60,069 bases of DNA from a candidate division WOR-3 bacterium (GTDB lineage: Bacteria; Hydrothermota; UBA3072; B12-G15), in NCBI GenBank assembly GCA_965649055.1, contig CBFGJG010000009.1, forward strand, positions 1 through 60,069. The letters are read 5' to 3'. Every line of letters starts with the position of its first letter. Position 1 is the first letter of the stretch. Made by a program: the position numbers and the translations under genes. The notes beneath the pieces were generated by a model. The model ran no database searches. It was not told the DNA's origin and saw nothing but the letters and a program-made list of their open reading frames with translations. This document shows positions 9,581 through 19,105 of this stretch, one piece after another.

Positions 9581-10363
9581 ATGGATATAATAGTATGTGT
9601 GAAACAGGTTCCAGACCCTGAAAATGCAAAGATGGATTTCCAAACAGGAAAGGTCATTAGGGAAGGTGTAAAAAATATTATAAACCCTTTTGACCTGTAT
9701 GCAATAGAAGAGGCTATAAGGATTAAGGAGAAACTTGGGGGTAGTGTTACTGTTATATCAATGGGACCACCACAGGCAGAAGAAGCATTAAGGGAAGCAA
9801 TTGCAATGGGTGCTGATAAAGCATTCCTTATTTCTTCAAAGGCATTCGCCGGTGCTGATACACTTGCAACATCCTATACACTTGCTATGGGAATAAAGAA
9901 TACTGGAAGATTTGACCTGATTATATGTGGAAAACAGGCAATAGATGGAGATACAGCACAGGTTGGTCCAGGTATAGCTGCACATTTAAATATACCTGAG
10001 ATAACATTTGTGAGGAAGATTGACGAGATAACAGATAAATACCTGGTTGCTGAAAGACTTGTAGAAGGTGGATATGAAGTTCTTAAATCTCCCCTGCCCT
10101 GCCTCATATCAGTAGTGAAAGAGATAAATATACCAAGGTTGCCATCTCTAAAGGGGAAAATGAACGCAAAAAAGGCTGTGATACCAGTATTAACCGAAAA
10201 AGAATTGAATGTTGATATGAACAGGATTGGTGAAAAAGGTTCACCCACACAGGTTATTAAGGTATTTTCTCCCGAACTGAAAAAAGAAGGTATTATTCTT
10301 GAAGATGTCGAGACAGGTGTAAACAAGGTTATTGAAGCAATTGAAAAAATGGGGTTGGTCTGA
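9581..10363 (+). CDS. etfB: Electron transfer flavoprotein beta subunit, bifurcating-type signature
   Basis: MDIIVCVKQVPD N-terminus and DGDTAQVGP motif. Confidence 0.88.
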   Translation: MDIIVCVKQVPDPENAKMDFQTGKVIREGVKNIINPFDLYAIEEAIRIKEKLGGSVTVISMGPPQAEEALREAIAMGADKAFLISSKAFAGADTLATSYTLAMGIKNTGRFDLIICGKQAIDGDTAQVGPGIAAHLNIPEITFVRKIDEITDKYLVAERLVEGGYEVLKSPLPCLISVVKEINIPRLPSLKGKMNAKKAVIPVLTEKELNVDMNRIGEKGSPTQVIKVFSPELKKEGIILEDVETGVNKVIEAIEKMGLV

Positions 10364-11601
10364 TGAATATATATATCATTAAAGAATTATGTGTTGGTTG
10401 TAATCTCTGTATGAATGCATGTGGATATGGTGCAATACGTTTAATAGATGAAAAACATTCCCTTAAAGAAGGACTAAGGGCTAAATTTGCAGTCAGGCTC
10501 GCGGTTATTGACCTCGAAAAATGCCAGTTTGAAGGTTCATGTGTTTCAGCATGTCCATTCGGTGCAATAGTGCTTGAGAGGGAAGAGAAGAAATTCCAGA
10601 ATAAGGAACAGTACAAAGGTGTTATGGTGTTTGGTGAATCAAGGGATGGAGAGATTGAACCACATTCATTTGAAATGGTTGGAAAAGGAAGAGAACTTGC
10701 AGATAAGCTGAAATGTGAAGTTATTGGTGTTGTTATTGGAAATAATATTAAGGAAAAAGCAAAAAATATGATTTATTCTGGTTGCGACAGGGTAATAGTT
10801 GCTGAACATCCAAAACTTTCAAACTTCATTAATGAAGTATATTCTAAGATTCTAAAAAACATAGTTGATGAATATAAGCCTGCTATACTTCTTGCAAGCG
10901 CAACAACACTTGGCAGGACTTTACTACCAAGAGTGGCAGTTTTATTGAATACCGGGCTTACGGCAGATTGCACACAGCTTGAAATAGATGAAGAAGGTAA
11001 TCTCATTCAGATAAGACCCGCTTGGGGTGGCTCTGTTATGGCAATGATAAAAACACCTGAACACAGACCCCAGATGGCAACAGTCCGGCCAAGGGTCTTC
11101 AAAAAGCCAGAAATGGACACATCAAGAAATGGCGAAATAATTGAATTTAAAGTTAATGAAGAGATGCTGAAGACACAGGTGGAATTCCTAAGGTTTATAA
11201 AAGACGAATCTTCAAAGGTCAAGATCGAAGATGCAGAAATTATTTTTGCAGGCGGAAGAGGAATGAAATGTCCCGAGAATTTCAAGGAACTTTTTGAACT
11301 TGCTGAAATGGTTAAAGGTGCGGTTGGTGCCTCAAGGGTTGCTGTTGACGAAAACTGGATATCTTACATACATCAGGTTGGTCAGACTGGAAAAACAGTT
11401 GCACCAAAGATGTACATTGCATTTGGAATCAGTGGAGCAATTCAGCATCTTGCTGGTATGCAGACATCTGATTTTATAGTGGCAATAAATAAGGATAAAG
11501 AAGCACCTATTTTTAAAGTAGCTGATATAGGCATTGTTGCAGATGTTTTTGAGGTCATTCCAGTATTAAAAAACAGGTTAAAGGAGAAGTTAAATAAATG
11601 A
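10363..11601 (+). CDS. etfA: Electron transfer flavoprotein alpha subunit with an N-terminal ferredoxin-like (Cys-cluster) domain
   Basis: N-terminus has [11 protein letters not shown] and [10 protein letters not shown]. The C-terminus has typical Etf[13 protein letters not shown] and IVAINKD. Confidence 0.88.
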   Translation: MNIYIIKELCVGCNLCMNACGYGAIRLIDEKHSLKEGLRAKFAVRLAVIDLEKCQFEGSCVSACPFGAIVLEREEKKFQNKEQYKGVMVFGESRDGEIEPHSFEMVGKGRELADKLKCEVIGVVIGNNIKEKAKNMIYSGCDRVIVAEHPKLSNFINEVYSKILKNIVDEYKPAILLASATTLGRTLLPRVAVLLNTGLTADCTQLEIDEEGNLIQIRPAWGGSVMAMIKTPEHRPQMATVRPRVFKKPEMDTSRNGEIIEFKVNEEMLKTQVEFLRFIKDESSKVKIEDAEIIFAGGRGMKCPENFKELFELAEMVKGAVGASRVAVDENWISYIHQVGQTGKTVAPKMYIAFGISGAIQHLAGMQTSDFIVAINKDKEAPIFKVADIGIVADVFEVIPVLKNRLKEKLNK

Positions 11602-14018
11602 AGGATCCAAAGATATTGTCAATACCCATAGAAGAGGAAATGAAATCAAGTTACCTTGATTACGCAATGAGCGTAATCATCGGTAGGGCACTTCCAGATG
11701 TTCGGGATGGATTAAAGCCTGTCCACAGAAGAATTTTATATGCTATGTATGAAATGAATCTATTGCATAACAGACCTTATAAAAAATCGGCAAGTGTTGT
11801 TGGTGAGGTCCTTGGTAAATACCATCCACATGGTGATATGGCTGTTTATGATGCACTTGTGAGGATGGCTCAGGACTTCTCTATGAGATATCCTTTGATA
11901 GATGGGCAGGGAAATTTTGGTTCAATCGATGGTGATGCTGCTGCTGCTTATAGGTACACTGAAGCAAGACTTTCCAAGATAGCAGAAGAATTACTTAAGG
12001 ATATAGATAAAGATACCGTTGATTTTGGGCCTAACTTTGATGAAAAACTCAAAGAACCACTTGTTTTACCATCGGGATTTCCAAACCTTCTCGTGAATGG
12101 TTCATCTGGAATAGCAGTGGGAATGGCAACAAACATACCACCACACAATCTATCAGAAGTGATAGATGGTATCGTTTATCTGATAGATAATCCGGATGCA
12201 ACACTTGAAGATGTTATGAAGTTTATAAAAGGTCCGGATTTTCCAACCGGTGGAATTATTCTCGGTATTGATAATATAAAAACCGCTTACGAAACAGGTA
12301 GCGGAAATATTGTTCTTGAAGCAAAATATTCAATTGAAGAAGGGAAAAGAGGAAAGAATAATATAATTATCACAGAGATTCCATATCAAGTGAACAAGTC
12401 TGTCTTAATATCTGATATTGCTGAACTTGTCAGGGATGGTAAAATAGAAGGTATAAGTGATATAAGGGATGAATCAAACAGAGATGGAATAAGAATAGTC
12501 CTTGAGCTTAAACAGGGTGCACAGGAGAGGATTATAATAAACAAATTATTAAAACATACAAAGCTTAGAACAGGTTTTGGAATAATACTTCTTGCACTCG
12601 TAGACGGTGTTCCTAAGAAACTATCATTGATTGAGATATTGAAACATTACATAGAACACAGAAGGATTATAATTGAAAGAAGAAGTAAATTCCTTCTAAA
12701 GAAAGCACAGGAAAGGGCTCACATAATTGAAGGATTAAGGAAGGCTATTGACAACATAGATGAGATAATAAAGATAATCAAAGCATCAAAGGATACAAAT
12801 ACTGCAAAAAAATCCCTCATGGACAGGTTTAAGTTCACAGATATTCAGGCTCAAGCAATACTTGATATGAGGCTCTCAAAACTTACAAACCTTGAAAGAA
12901 AAGAACTTGAAGATGAATATAAGGAATTAATAAAAGAGATAGAAAAATTAAAATCAATACTTGCTTCCAAGAAACTCCTTGACGAACTTCTGAAGGAAGA
13001 ACTCTTGAAGATAAAAGAAGAATTTGGTGATGAGAGGATGACAAAAATCCTAAAGAAAGGTCCTGAAGAATTCGAAGAGATTGATTTAATAGTTGAAGAA
13101 GATGTTGTTGTTATAACAACACATAAAGGATGGATAAAAAGAATGCCTGTTTCTGTCTATAGGGCTCAGAGGAAAGGTGGTAAAGGAATAACCGGTATTG
13201 AACAGGGTGAAGATGATTTTGTAAAGAAGATATTTGTAGCTTCCACACATGACAGGATGTTGATATTCACGAATAAAGGGAATTGTTATGGATTAAATGT
13301 ATATGATATTCCCGAAGGAAGCAGGACATCTAAAGGAAGATCTATTATTAACCTTGTAAAAATAAAACCAGATGAAAAAATAAATGCAATAGTCTGCGAG
13401 AAAGACATCTCAAAAACAAATATAGTTTTGGTGACAAAAAGGGGTATAATTAAAAAGGTAAAAGGTGAAGCATTCAAAAATGCTGGAAGAAATGGAGTTA
13501 TTGCAATAAATATAAAGGAAGATGACGAACTCATAGATGCAGAAATTATAATGGAAAAAGAAGATATCCTTCTTGCTACAAGAGACGGAATGGTTATAAG
13601 ATTCTGTGAAGACAAGGTAAGGGAAATGGGTAGACAGGCTGCTGGTGTTATTGGTGCAAGGATGGAAAAAGATGATTATATTGTTTCAGTTATGATTGCA
13701 AGGAATGAACCTAATGTATTGTTCATTACAGAGAAAGGGATTGGTAAAAAGACACCTATAAGTGAAATAAGGAAGATATCAAGGGGCGGAAAAGGAGTGA
13801 TAGGGATAAAACTTAATGAGAAAACAGGAAAGCTTGCCGGTGCTATAACTATGGGTGAGAGAGAAGAGATAATTGTAGTAACAAAATTTGGAATTATCTT
13901 AAGGGTGAAAGGTGAAGAGATAAAACTTCTTCACAGGTCATCAAGCGGAATAAAAATAATCAGACTTTCCGAAGATGATTCAGTTGCAGATCTTACAAAA
14001 ATAATACCAGATGAATGA
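11598..14018 (+). CDS. gyrA: DNA gyrase subunit A
   Basis: [12 protein letters not shown] and [12 protein letters not shown] (catalytic Tyr region). C-terminal beta-pinwheel repeats with GGKG motifs. Confidence 0.95.
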   Translation: MKDPKILSIPIEEEMKSSYLDYAMSVIIGRALPDVRDGLKPVHRRILYAMYEMNLLHNRPYKKSASVVGEVLGKYHPHGDMAVYDALVRMAQDFSMRYPLIDGQGNFGSIDGDAAAAYRYTEARLSKIAEELLKDIDKDTVDFGPNFDEKLKEPLVLPSGFPNLLVNGSSGIAVGMATNIPPHNLSEVIDGIVYLIDNPDATLEDVMKFIKGPDFPTGGIILGIDNIKTAYETGSGNIVLEAKYSIEEGKRGKNNIIITEIPYQVNKSVLISDIAELVRDGKIEGISDIRDESNRDGIRIVLELKQGAQERIIINKLLKHTKLRTGFGIILLALVDGVPKKLSLIEILKHYIEHRRIIIERRSKFLLKKAQERAHIIEGLRKAIDNIDEIIKIIKASKDTNTAKKSLMDRFKFTDIQAQAILDMRLSKLTNLERKELEDEYKELIKEIEKLKSILASKKLLDELLKEELLKIKEEFGDERMTKILKKGPEEFEEIDLIVEEDVVVITTHKGWIKRMPVSVYRAQRKGGKGITGIEQGEDDFVKKIFVASTHDRMLIFTNKGNCYGLNVYDIPEGSRTSKGRSIINLVKIKPDEKINAIVCEKDISKTNIVLVTKRGIIKKVKGEAFKNAGRNGVIAINIKEDDELIDAEIIMEKEDILLATRDGMVIRFCEDKVREMGRQAAGVIGARMEKDDYIVSVMIARNEPNVLFITEKGIGKKTPISEIRKISRGGKGVIGIKLNEKTGKLAGAITMGEREEIIVVTKFGIILRVKGEEIKLLHRSSSGIKIIRLSEDDSVADLTKIIPDE

Positions 14019-14229
14019 TGTTATATTCTATTCCGGAATAAAAATAGATGAAACACCGAGAACGATAATTAAAGATGGCAAAAAAATAGATGTTTTTCTT
14101 GTTGAAGAAAAATTGATAGAAGATTCTGTTTCTGGAAAAAGGGAAGTAATTTTTATTGTATCTGATAAAAATGGAAACATTTACAAGATAAGGAGGGAAA
14201 ATGAAAGATATTCTTTTGCTAGTCGGTAG
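14011..14229 (+). CDS. Small hypothetical protein (72 aa)
   Basis: The only evidence is the ORF, which bridges the gyrA stop (8-nt overlap) and the purE-like start (29-nt overlap). No recognisable motif or clear SD. Confidence 0.35.
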   Translation: MNDVIFYSGIKIDETPRTIIKDGKKIDVFLVEEKLIEDSVSGKREVIFIVSDKNGNIYKIRRENERYSFASR

Positions 14230-14602
14230 CGAAAGAGATCTTGAGATTATAAAAAGGGGTGAGGAAATTTTAAAGAAAAACAAGATATCTTACGATGTTA
14301 TTGTTTCATCCGCACACAGAGAGCCCGAAAAGACAAGATTAATAGCAAAAAGTGCAAAAAAGAAAGGTTATAAAGTGATTATTGCTGCTGCAGGGCTTGC
14401 TGCTGCATTACCTGGATTTGTTGCATCACTGACTGATTTACCAGTTATTGGTGTTCCGCTCTCAAAATCAACGATAGGCGGACTTGATTCGCTTCTATCA
14501 ATAGTACAGATGCCAAAAGGTGTTCCCGTTATGTCTGTTGGAATAGACGGAATTGAGAACGCGGTTTATGCTGCTATAAGAATACTTAAAAATAGGTCTT
14601 GA
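14201..14602 (+). CDS. PurE-family (AIR carboxylase/N5-CAIR mutase fold) protein, divergent
   Basis: SSAHREPEK, VIIAAAGLAAALPG and LDSLLSIVQMPKGVPV resemble PurE, but several canonical residues differ. Strong SD AGGAGGG 4 nt upstream. Confidence 0.65.
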   Translation: MKDILLLVGSERDLEIIKRGEEILKKNKISYDVIVSSAHREPEKTRLIAKSAKKKGYKVIIAAAGLAAALPGFVASLTDLPVIGVPLSKSTIGGLDSLLSIVQMPKGVPVMSVGIDGIENAVYAAIRILKNRS

Positions 14603-14626
14603 CAGATTAAAAAATTTATGTATTTT
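14599..14626 (+). promoter_or_regulatory. Predicted promoter of rpsU-cvpA-mutS2 (leadered)
   Basis: TTGACA(14599-14604), 16 nt, TATTTT(14621-14626). It is followed by a leader of about 30 nt with SD AAGGAGGTG before the GTG start at 14657. Confidence 0.45.
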
Positions 14627-14656
14627 TTATCAAAAAAGGAAAGGAGGTGAAAGAAA

Positions 14657-14839
14657 GTGCCAACAGTAAAGGTTAAAGAAAATGAAAGCTTTGAATTAGC
14701 ATTTAAAAGATTTAAAAGGCTTTGCGAACAGGAAAAAATATTGAGCGAGATTAAAAAGCATCAAAGGTATGAAAAGCCAAGCGAGAAAAGAAAAAGAAAA
14801 AAATTAAATTCAAGAAGAAATAGATTCTTAAAAAAGTAA
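14657..14839 (+). CDS. rpsU: 30S ribosomal protein S21
   Basis: [20 protein letters not shown] is the typical S21 N-terminus. GTG start with a strong SD. Confidence 0.92.
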   Translation: MPTVKVKENESFELAFKRFKRLCEQEKILSEIKKHQRYEKPSEKRKRKKLNSRRNRFLKK

Positions 14840-14845
14840 AAAATA

Positions 14846-15307
14846 ATGACTTTTGTTGATATAGGTGTGATTCTTTTTTCTATTATTTTTCTTGCGTATG
14901 GTTTTAAAAATGGTTTACTTCTTGAAATAGCAGGGATAGCAGGAACTATAGTATCTTTTTTTCTAACATTCCTCTACCCTATCAATAGATTCATAAGTTT
15001 TAAAAACACTATGTTATCATATATCTTGAGTTTTGTTATCTACTTTTCCGTTATATACATAATCTTCATAGTCCTTTCTAAGATATTCAGAAAAACACCA
15101 CTTGGTTTTATTGATAGACTACTCGGTATGGTTTTCGGATTTGTAAAAGGTGCTTTTATAAGTTTAGTAATAATCTTAATTCTCTCATTTTTTCCTATCA
15201 AATCGAAGGCTTTAAATGACAGTATTTCTATGAAGGTAGTTAAAAATTTAAAGCCTTATATCTCAAAAATTATTTCGAATCCGAAAAACAAAATAATGAA
15301 GATTTAA
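14846..15307 (+). CDS. cvpA: CvpA family membrane protein
   Basis: 153 aa, four predicted TM segments. The N-terminus (DIGVILFSIIFLAYGFKNGLL) is typical of CvpA. Confidence 0.7.
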   Translation: MTFVDIGVILFSIIFLAYGFKNGLLLEIAGIAGTIVSFFLTFLYPINRFISFKNTMLSYILSFVIYFSVIYIIFIVLSKIFRKTPLGFIDRLLGMVFGFVKGAFISLVIILILSFFPIKSKALNDSISMKVVKNLKPYISKIISNPKNKIMKI

Positions 15308-17430
15308 TGAAGTCAACTAATGAATCCCTTGAATACGATAAGTTATTAAAAAATTTTTCATCTTTTTTCTCTTCTTTAGCAGGTTATGAAAGAACATTTG
15401 AAATGTTTTCATACAACAACCTTGAAAGAGCTAAAGATGGTTTTAAAAAGCTGGAAATATTTTTAAAAATAGAAAGCGAATTCCCGGATATATCGAGATT
15501 GCACCCGATTGATAAATTTATAAATGAAGATTTCTTTTCAATAAAAGAGATAATATATATCTTGAATAACATAATTATATCTGGCGAAGTAAAGTCATTT
15601 TTATCCCGGAAAAATTTATTTAAAGAGGAAAATGATAGGATTTTTTACATTGAAGAAATAAGAAATAATATTGAAAGGGTTATTGATGATGAAGGCGAAA
15701 TAAAAGAAGATGCATCACCAGAACTTAAAAGGCTTAATATAGAAAAAAGAAAGACGCAGGAAAAGATTAGAAGTTCATTGATTAATTTTGTCCAGTTGAA
15801 TAGGGAATTTTTGCAGGAAGAAGTGATAACAGAAAGAAAGGGAAGAAAGGTAGTCCCGGTAAAAAAGGAAAATGTCAGGAATACAAAAGGTGTAATCGTG
15901 GATATTTCAAGGACAGGTGAGACAGCATTTGTTGAGCCGGAAGAAGTTGTTTTTTATAACAATCAGTTAACAGAGATAGAAATCCAGATATCAAACGAGA
16001 TTTCAAGGATATTAAAGGAGCTAACAGATGAAATTAAAAAATACAAGAATGAACTTTTATCATCACTTGACACACTGGTTTACTTTGATTCATTGATTGC
16101 AAGGACAAGGTTTCTGAAAAAATTCGAATGTGTGATACCTGAATTTGATGATGAAAGAATCCTAAAATTTAATGGAATAAAACATCCAATTCTTCTTTTT
16201 TCAAAGGATGTTGTTCCACAGGATATAGAGATCGGAAAAGATTTTTTTACGCTTGTTGTTAGTGGACCAAATGCAGGTGGTAAGACTGTCCTATTAAAAA
16301 CAATAGGTCTTGCAATGCTTTGTGTCCTGAATGGTATACCAATTCCAGCAAAAGAAGGAACAAAGATAGGTAAGATAGAAAGGATTTTTGCAGTTATAGA
16401 GGACGAACAATCTATAGATGAAAGCCTTTCTACATTCTCATCACATATTGTGAGGATAAAGAAAATAATAGAGGAAGCAAAGGAAAACGACTTAGTCTTA
16501 ATAGATGAGATAGGTGGTGGAACAGATCCAGTTGAAGGAACTGCATTAGGTTTTTCAATCCTTGAAGAGCTAACAGAAAGAAAATGTATAACAATAGCAA
16601 CTACACATTTTCCCGGTCTAAAATATCTTGTTTATAAAAATAGCAGGATGATAAATGGTGCTATGGGGTATGATAAAAAACCAACATACAAATTGGTAAT
16701 AGGTGTTCCTGGTTTTTCTAAGGCACTTGAGATTGCGGAAGAATTGAAACTTCCTGCAAAAATAATTGAGAAAGCTAAAAACTATATAAATACTGATGAA
16801 ATAGAAGTTGCTTCATTATTTGAAAAACTTCAGGAAAGACTAAGAATTATAGAAAATGAAAAAAGAGAAATAGAAGAGATAAAGAATGATATAGAAAATA
16901 AAAAAAATATAATTAATGAACGATTAAAAAGTATAAAAGATGAGGAAGAAAAACTGAAAAAGGTTGCGAAGGAAGAAGCAATAAAAATAATAGAAGATGC
17001 GCGCTCTTTAGTTGAAAGAACAATAAAAGAAATAAAGGAAAGCAAAGCAAGTAAAGAATCAATTAAAGAATACAAAAGGAGTTTTGATGAGATTCTTTCA
17101 GGATATAAGAATATAGAAGAAAAAAGAAAGGAAGAGCAAAATATAGTAATGGAAAGTTTAGGAAAGAACTCGGATTTCGATGTAAGCACCACAGATATTG
17201 AATTGGATGTAAGAGGATTATATAAAGAAGAAGCTATTTTAAAGGTTGATAAATTCATAGATGATGCTTACTATAACAATCTTACAAAGGTTCGGATAAT
17301 ACACGGAAAAGGTTCGGGGATCCTGAAAAATGCAATAAGAGATTTCTTATCAAGGGATAAAAGGGTAAAAGGATTTGCTTCTGAAAAACCGGAAGCAGGT
17401 GGCGATGGCGTAACAGTCGTATCACTTTAG
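15307..17430 (+). CDS. mutS2: Endonuclease MutS2 (MutS domain V ATPase plus C-terminal Smr)
   Basis: GPNAGGKTVLLKTIGL Walker A and DEIGGGTDP. C-terminal Smr domain LDVRGLYKEEA...IIHGKGSGILK. Confidence 0.9.
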   Translation: MKSTNESLEYDKLLKNFSSFFSSLAGYERTFEMFSYNNLERAKDGFKKLEIFLKIESEFPDISRLHPIDKFINEDFFSIKEIIYILNNIIISGEVKSFLSRKNLFKEENDRIFYIEEIRNNIERVIDDEGEIKEDASPELKRLNIEKRKTQEKIRSSLINFVQLNREFLQEEVITERKGRKVVPVKKENVRNTKGVIVDISRTGETAFVEPEEVVFYNNQLTEIEIQISNEISRILKELTDEIKKYKNELLSSLDTLVYFDSLIARTRFLKKFECVIPEFDDERILKFNGIKHPILLFSKDVVPQDIEIGKDFFTLVVSGPNAGGKTVLLKTIGLAMLCVLNGIPIPAKEGTKIGKIERIFAVIEDEQSIDESLSTFSSHIVRIKKIIEEAKENDLVLIDEIGGGTDPVEGTALGFSILEELTERKCITIATTHFPGLKYLVYKNSRMINGAMGYDKKPTYKLVIGVPGFSKALEIAEELKLPAKIIEKAKNYINTDEIEVASLFEKLQERLRIIENEKREIEEIKNDIENKKNIINERLKSIKDEEEKLKKVAKEEAIKIIEDARSLVERTIKEIKESKASKESIKEYKRSFDEILSGYKNIEEKRKEEQNIVMESLGKNSDFDVSTTDIELDVRGLYKEEAILKVDKFIDDAYYNNLTKVRIIHGKGSGILKNAIRDFLSRDKRVKGFASEKPEAGGDGVTVVSL

Positions 17431-17563
17431 GGAATTAATTAAGGAAAAATAGGATATATCATTAAGTTTTATCCTTTAAAAATTATCATTTATTCAGGCA
17501 TCCCGGAATCTCTGTTTTAATTAAGAAAATTTGAAAGTTTATGACTGACCCTATTTTTGACTC

Positions 17564-17591
17564 TTGACATTATCAATTTTATAAATATAAT
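17564..17591 (+). promoter_or_regulatory. Predicted consensus promoter of the xseB-ispA-dxs-lpx operon, leaderless geometry
   Basis: TTGACA(17564-17569), 16 nt, TATAAT(17586-17591), 7 nt, ATG(17599). No SD. Confidence 0.6.
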
Positions 17592-17598
17592 ATTTTCT

Positions 17599-17814
17599 AT
17601 GAACTTTGAAGAAAAACTAAAAAAACTTGAGGAAATCGTCAGAATACTTGAAGATGATAATACTCCTCTTGATTTAGCGATAAAAAAATTTGAAGAAGGC
17701 ATGAACCTTATGAAGGAACTTAAGGAATATCTAAACAAAGCAGAAGAAAAAATAAAACTACTTTTAAAGGATGAAGACGGAAATTTAAAATTACAGGATG
17801 GAGAAATTACTTAA
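17599..17814 (+). CDS. xseB: Exodeoxyribonuclease VII small subunit
   Basis: MNFEEKLKKLEEIVRILEDDNTPLDLAIKKFEEG is a typical XseB sequence. xseB-ispA-dxs synteny matches E. coli. The track start at 17557 lies upstream of the predicted promoter. Confidence 0.85.
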   Translation: MNFEEKLKKLEEIVRILEDDNTPLDLAIKKFEEGMNLMKELKEYLNKAEEKIKLLLKDEDGNLKLQDGEIT

Positions 17815-18667
17815 AGAGATTCAAGAGAAGATTGACGAAAGCCTTTTAAAACTAATGCCTTCAGAAGACGAGTTTCCTGAAGAACTCCATAAGGCAATGA
17901 GGTATTGTCTTCTTTCAGGTGGTAAAAGAATAAGACCCGCCATATTTATTTTTTCCTTTGAGGCATGTGATGGTAAAGATGTTGATGATATAATACCTTT
18001 TGCATGCTCAATTGAACTTATTCATACTTATTCACTTATACACGATGACCTGCCGGCTATGGATAATGATGATTATAGAAGGGGAAAACTAACAACACAT
18101 AAGGTATTTGGTGAAGCAATTGCAATTCTATCAGGTGATGCATTGTTCTCTTACGCATTTTATCTTATAACACTTACCAAGAAAAGGCCTGAATTGATTC
18201 TGAAAGGAATACAAAGATTAACTGAAGCAATCGGAAATTATGGAATAATCGGAGGACAGACAATGGATATTTTGATGAAAGGTAAAACACCTTCCCCTAA
18301 GATATTAAGGTATATTCATTCTCACAAAACAGCACTATTCATTTCAAGCTGTTGTGAAATAGGCGGAATACTTGCAGAGGCAACAGAGGATAAGATAGAA
18401 GCGTTAAGAAAAGGCGGTTTATATCTCGGAATGGCGTTCCAGATAGTTGATGACCTACTTGATGTTTATGGAGATGAGAAAAAAGTTGGAAAGAGATTAA
18501 AAAAAGATTTAGATAAAACAACCTATCCAAATGTATATGGAGTTGAGTTTTCACAGAAGCTTCTTAAAGGGTATTCTGAGAAGGCAAAAAGGTGTTTTTC
18601 TACATTTAAAGAGAAAGGTGAAAAACTGATAAAATTAACTGAATTTCTTGAAAAAAGGGTTTACTGA
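17798..18667 (+). CDS. ispA: (2E,6E)-farnesyl/geranylgeranyl diphosphate synthase
   Basis: First DDxxD region LIHDDLPAMDNDDYRRG and second FQIVDDLLD. Confidence 0.9.
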   Translation: MEKLLKEIQEKIDESLLKLMPSEDEFPEELHKAMRYCLLSGGKRIRPAIFIFSFEACDGKDVDDIIPFACSIELIHTYSLIHDDLPAMDNDDYRRGKLTTHKVFGEAIAILSGDALFSYAFYLITLTKKRPELILKGIQRLTEAIGNYGIIGGQTMDILMKGKTPSPKILRYIHSHKTALFISSCCEIGGILAEATEDKIEALRKGGLYLGMAFQIVDDLLDVYGDEKKVGKRLKKDLDKTTYPNVYGVEFSQKLLKGYSEKAKRCFSTFKEKGEKLIKLTEFLEKRVY

Positions 18668-19105
18668 ATGGATTTTTATTCAAAATATAACATTATAATC
18701 GTCACTTCTCTTTCGATATTTACAACTCAACTTCTGAAGTTGATTAATTACTTTCTTGCAAACAAAAAGATGAATCTTGCGCGATTCTGGGAAACCGGCG
18801 GAATGCCAAGTTCACATGCAGCTTCATCAGTAACACTGACCACACTTGTTTATTTTAAAGAAGGTGTGCAAAGCACTATCTTTGCTGTATCTTTATACCT
18901 TACGGTATTCATTTTGTATGAAGCAGCAGGAATAAGAAGGTATGCAGGGAAACAGGCTAAAATCTTAAATACTATTGTGGAAGATATATATAAGAATAAA
19001 CCCGTAAAGGAAGAAAAATTAAAGGAACTTTTAGGGCACACACCCGTTGAGGTAATAATGGGGATCCTTTATGGATTTTTCTTTGCCCTTGCGCTATACA
19101 GATGA
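18668..19105 (+). CDS. Divergent PAP2 / DUF212 family membrane protein (acid phosphatase/vanadium-haloperoxidase related)
   Basis: GGMPSSHAA and GHTPVEV motifs, about 4 TM segments, 145 aa. Confidence 0.7.
   Translation: MDFYSKYNIIIVTSLSIFTTQLLKLINYFLANKKMNLARFWETGGMPSSHAASSVTLTTLVYFKEGVQSTIFAVSLYLTVFILYEAAGIRRYAGKQAKILNTIVEDIYKNKPVKEEKLKELLGHTPVEVIMGILYGFFFALALYR

Noticed and set aside
6874-13615. Minus-strand ORFs opposite fabD, fabG, fabF, etfB, etfA and gyrA (for example 6874-7395, 7344-7610, 7478-7762, 9874-10326, 10329-10616, 13286-13615)
   Set aside because: All lie antisense inside confidently identified genes and have no recognisable motifs. They are typical shadow frames.
16830-17258. 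142-aa minus-strand ORF
   Set aside because: It is antisense to the Lys/Glu-rich coiled-coil region of mutS2. Its Ser/Phe/Leu low-complexity translation is the mirror of AAG/GAA-rich coding sequence.
17451-17475. Rho-independent terminator after mutS2
   Set aside because: It is only a 6-bp A/T-rich stem (AGGATA/TATCCT) with a 13-nt loop and no proper U-tract, so it is too weak to call.
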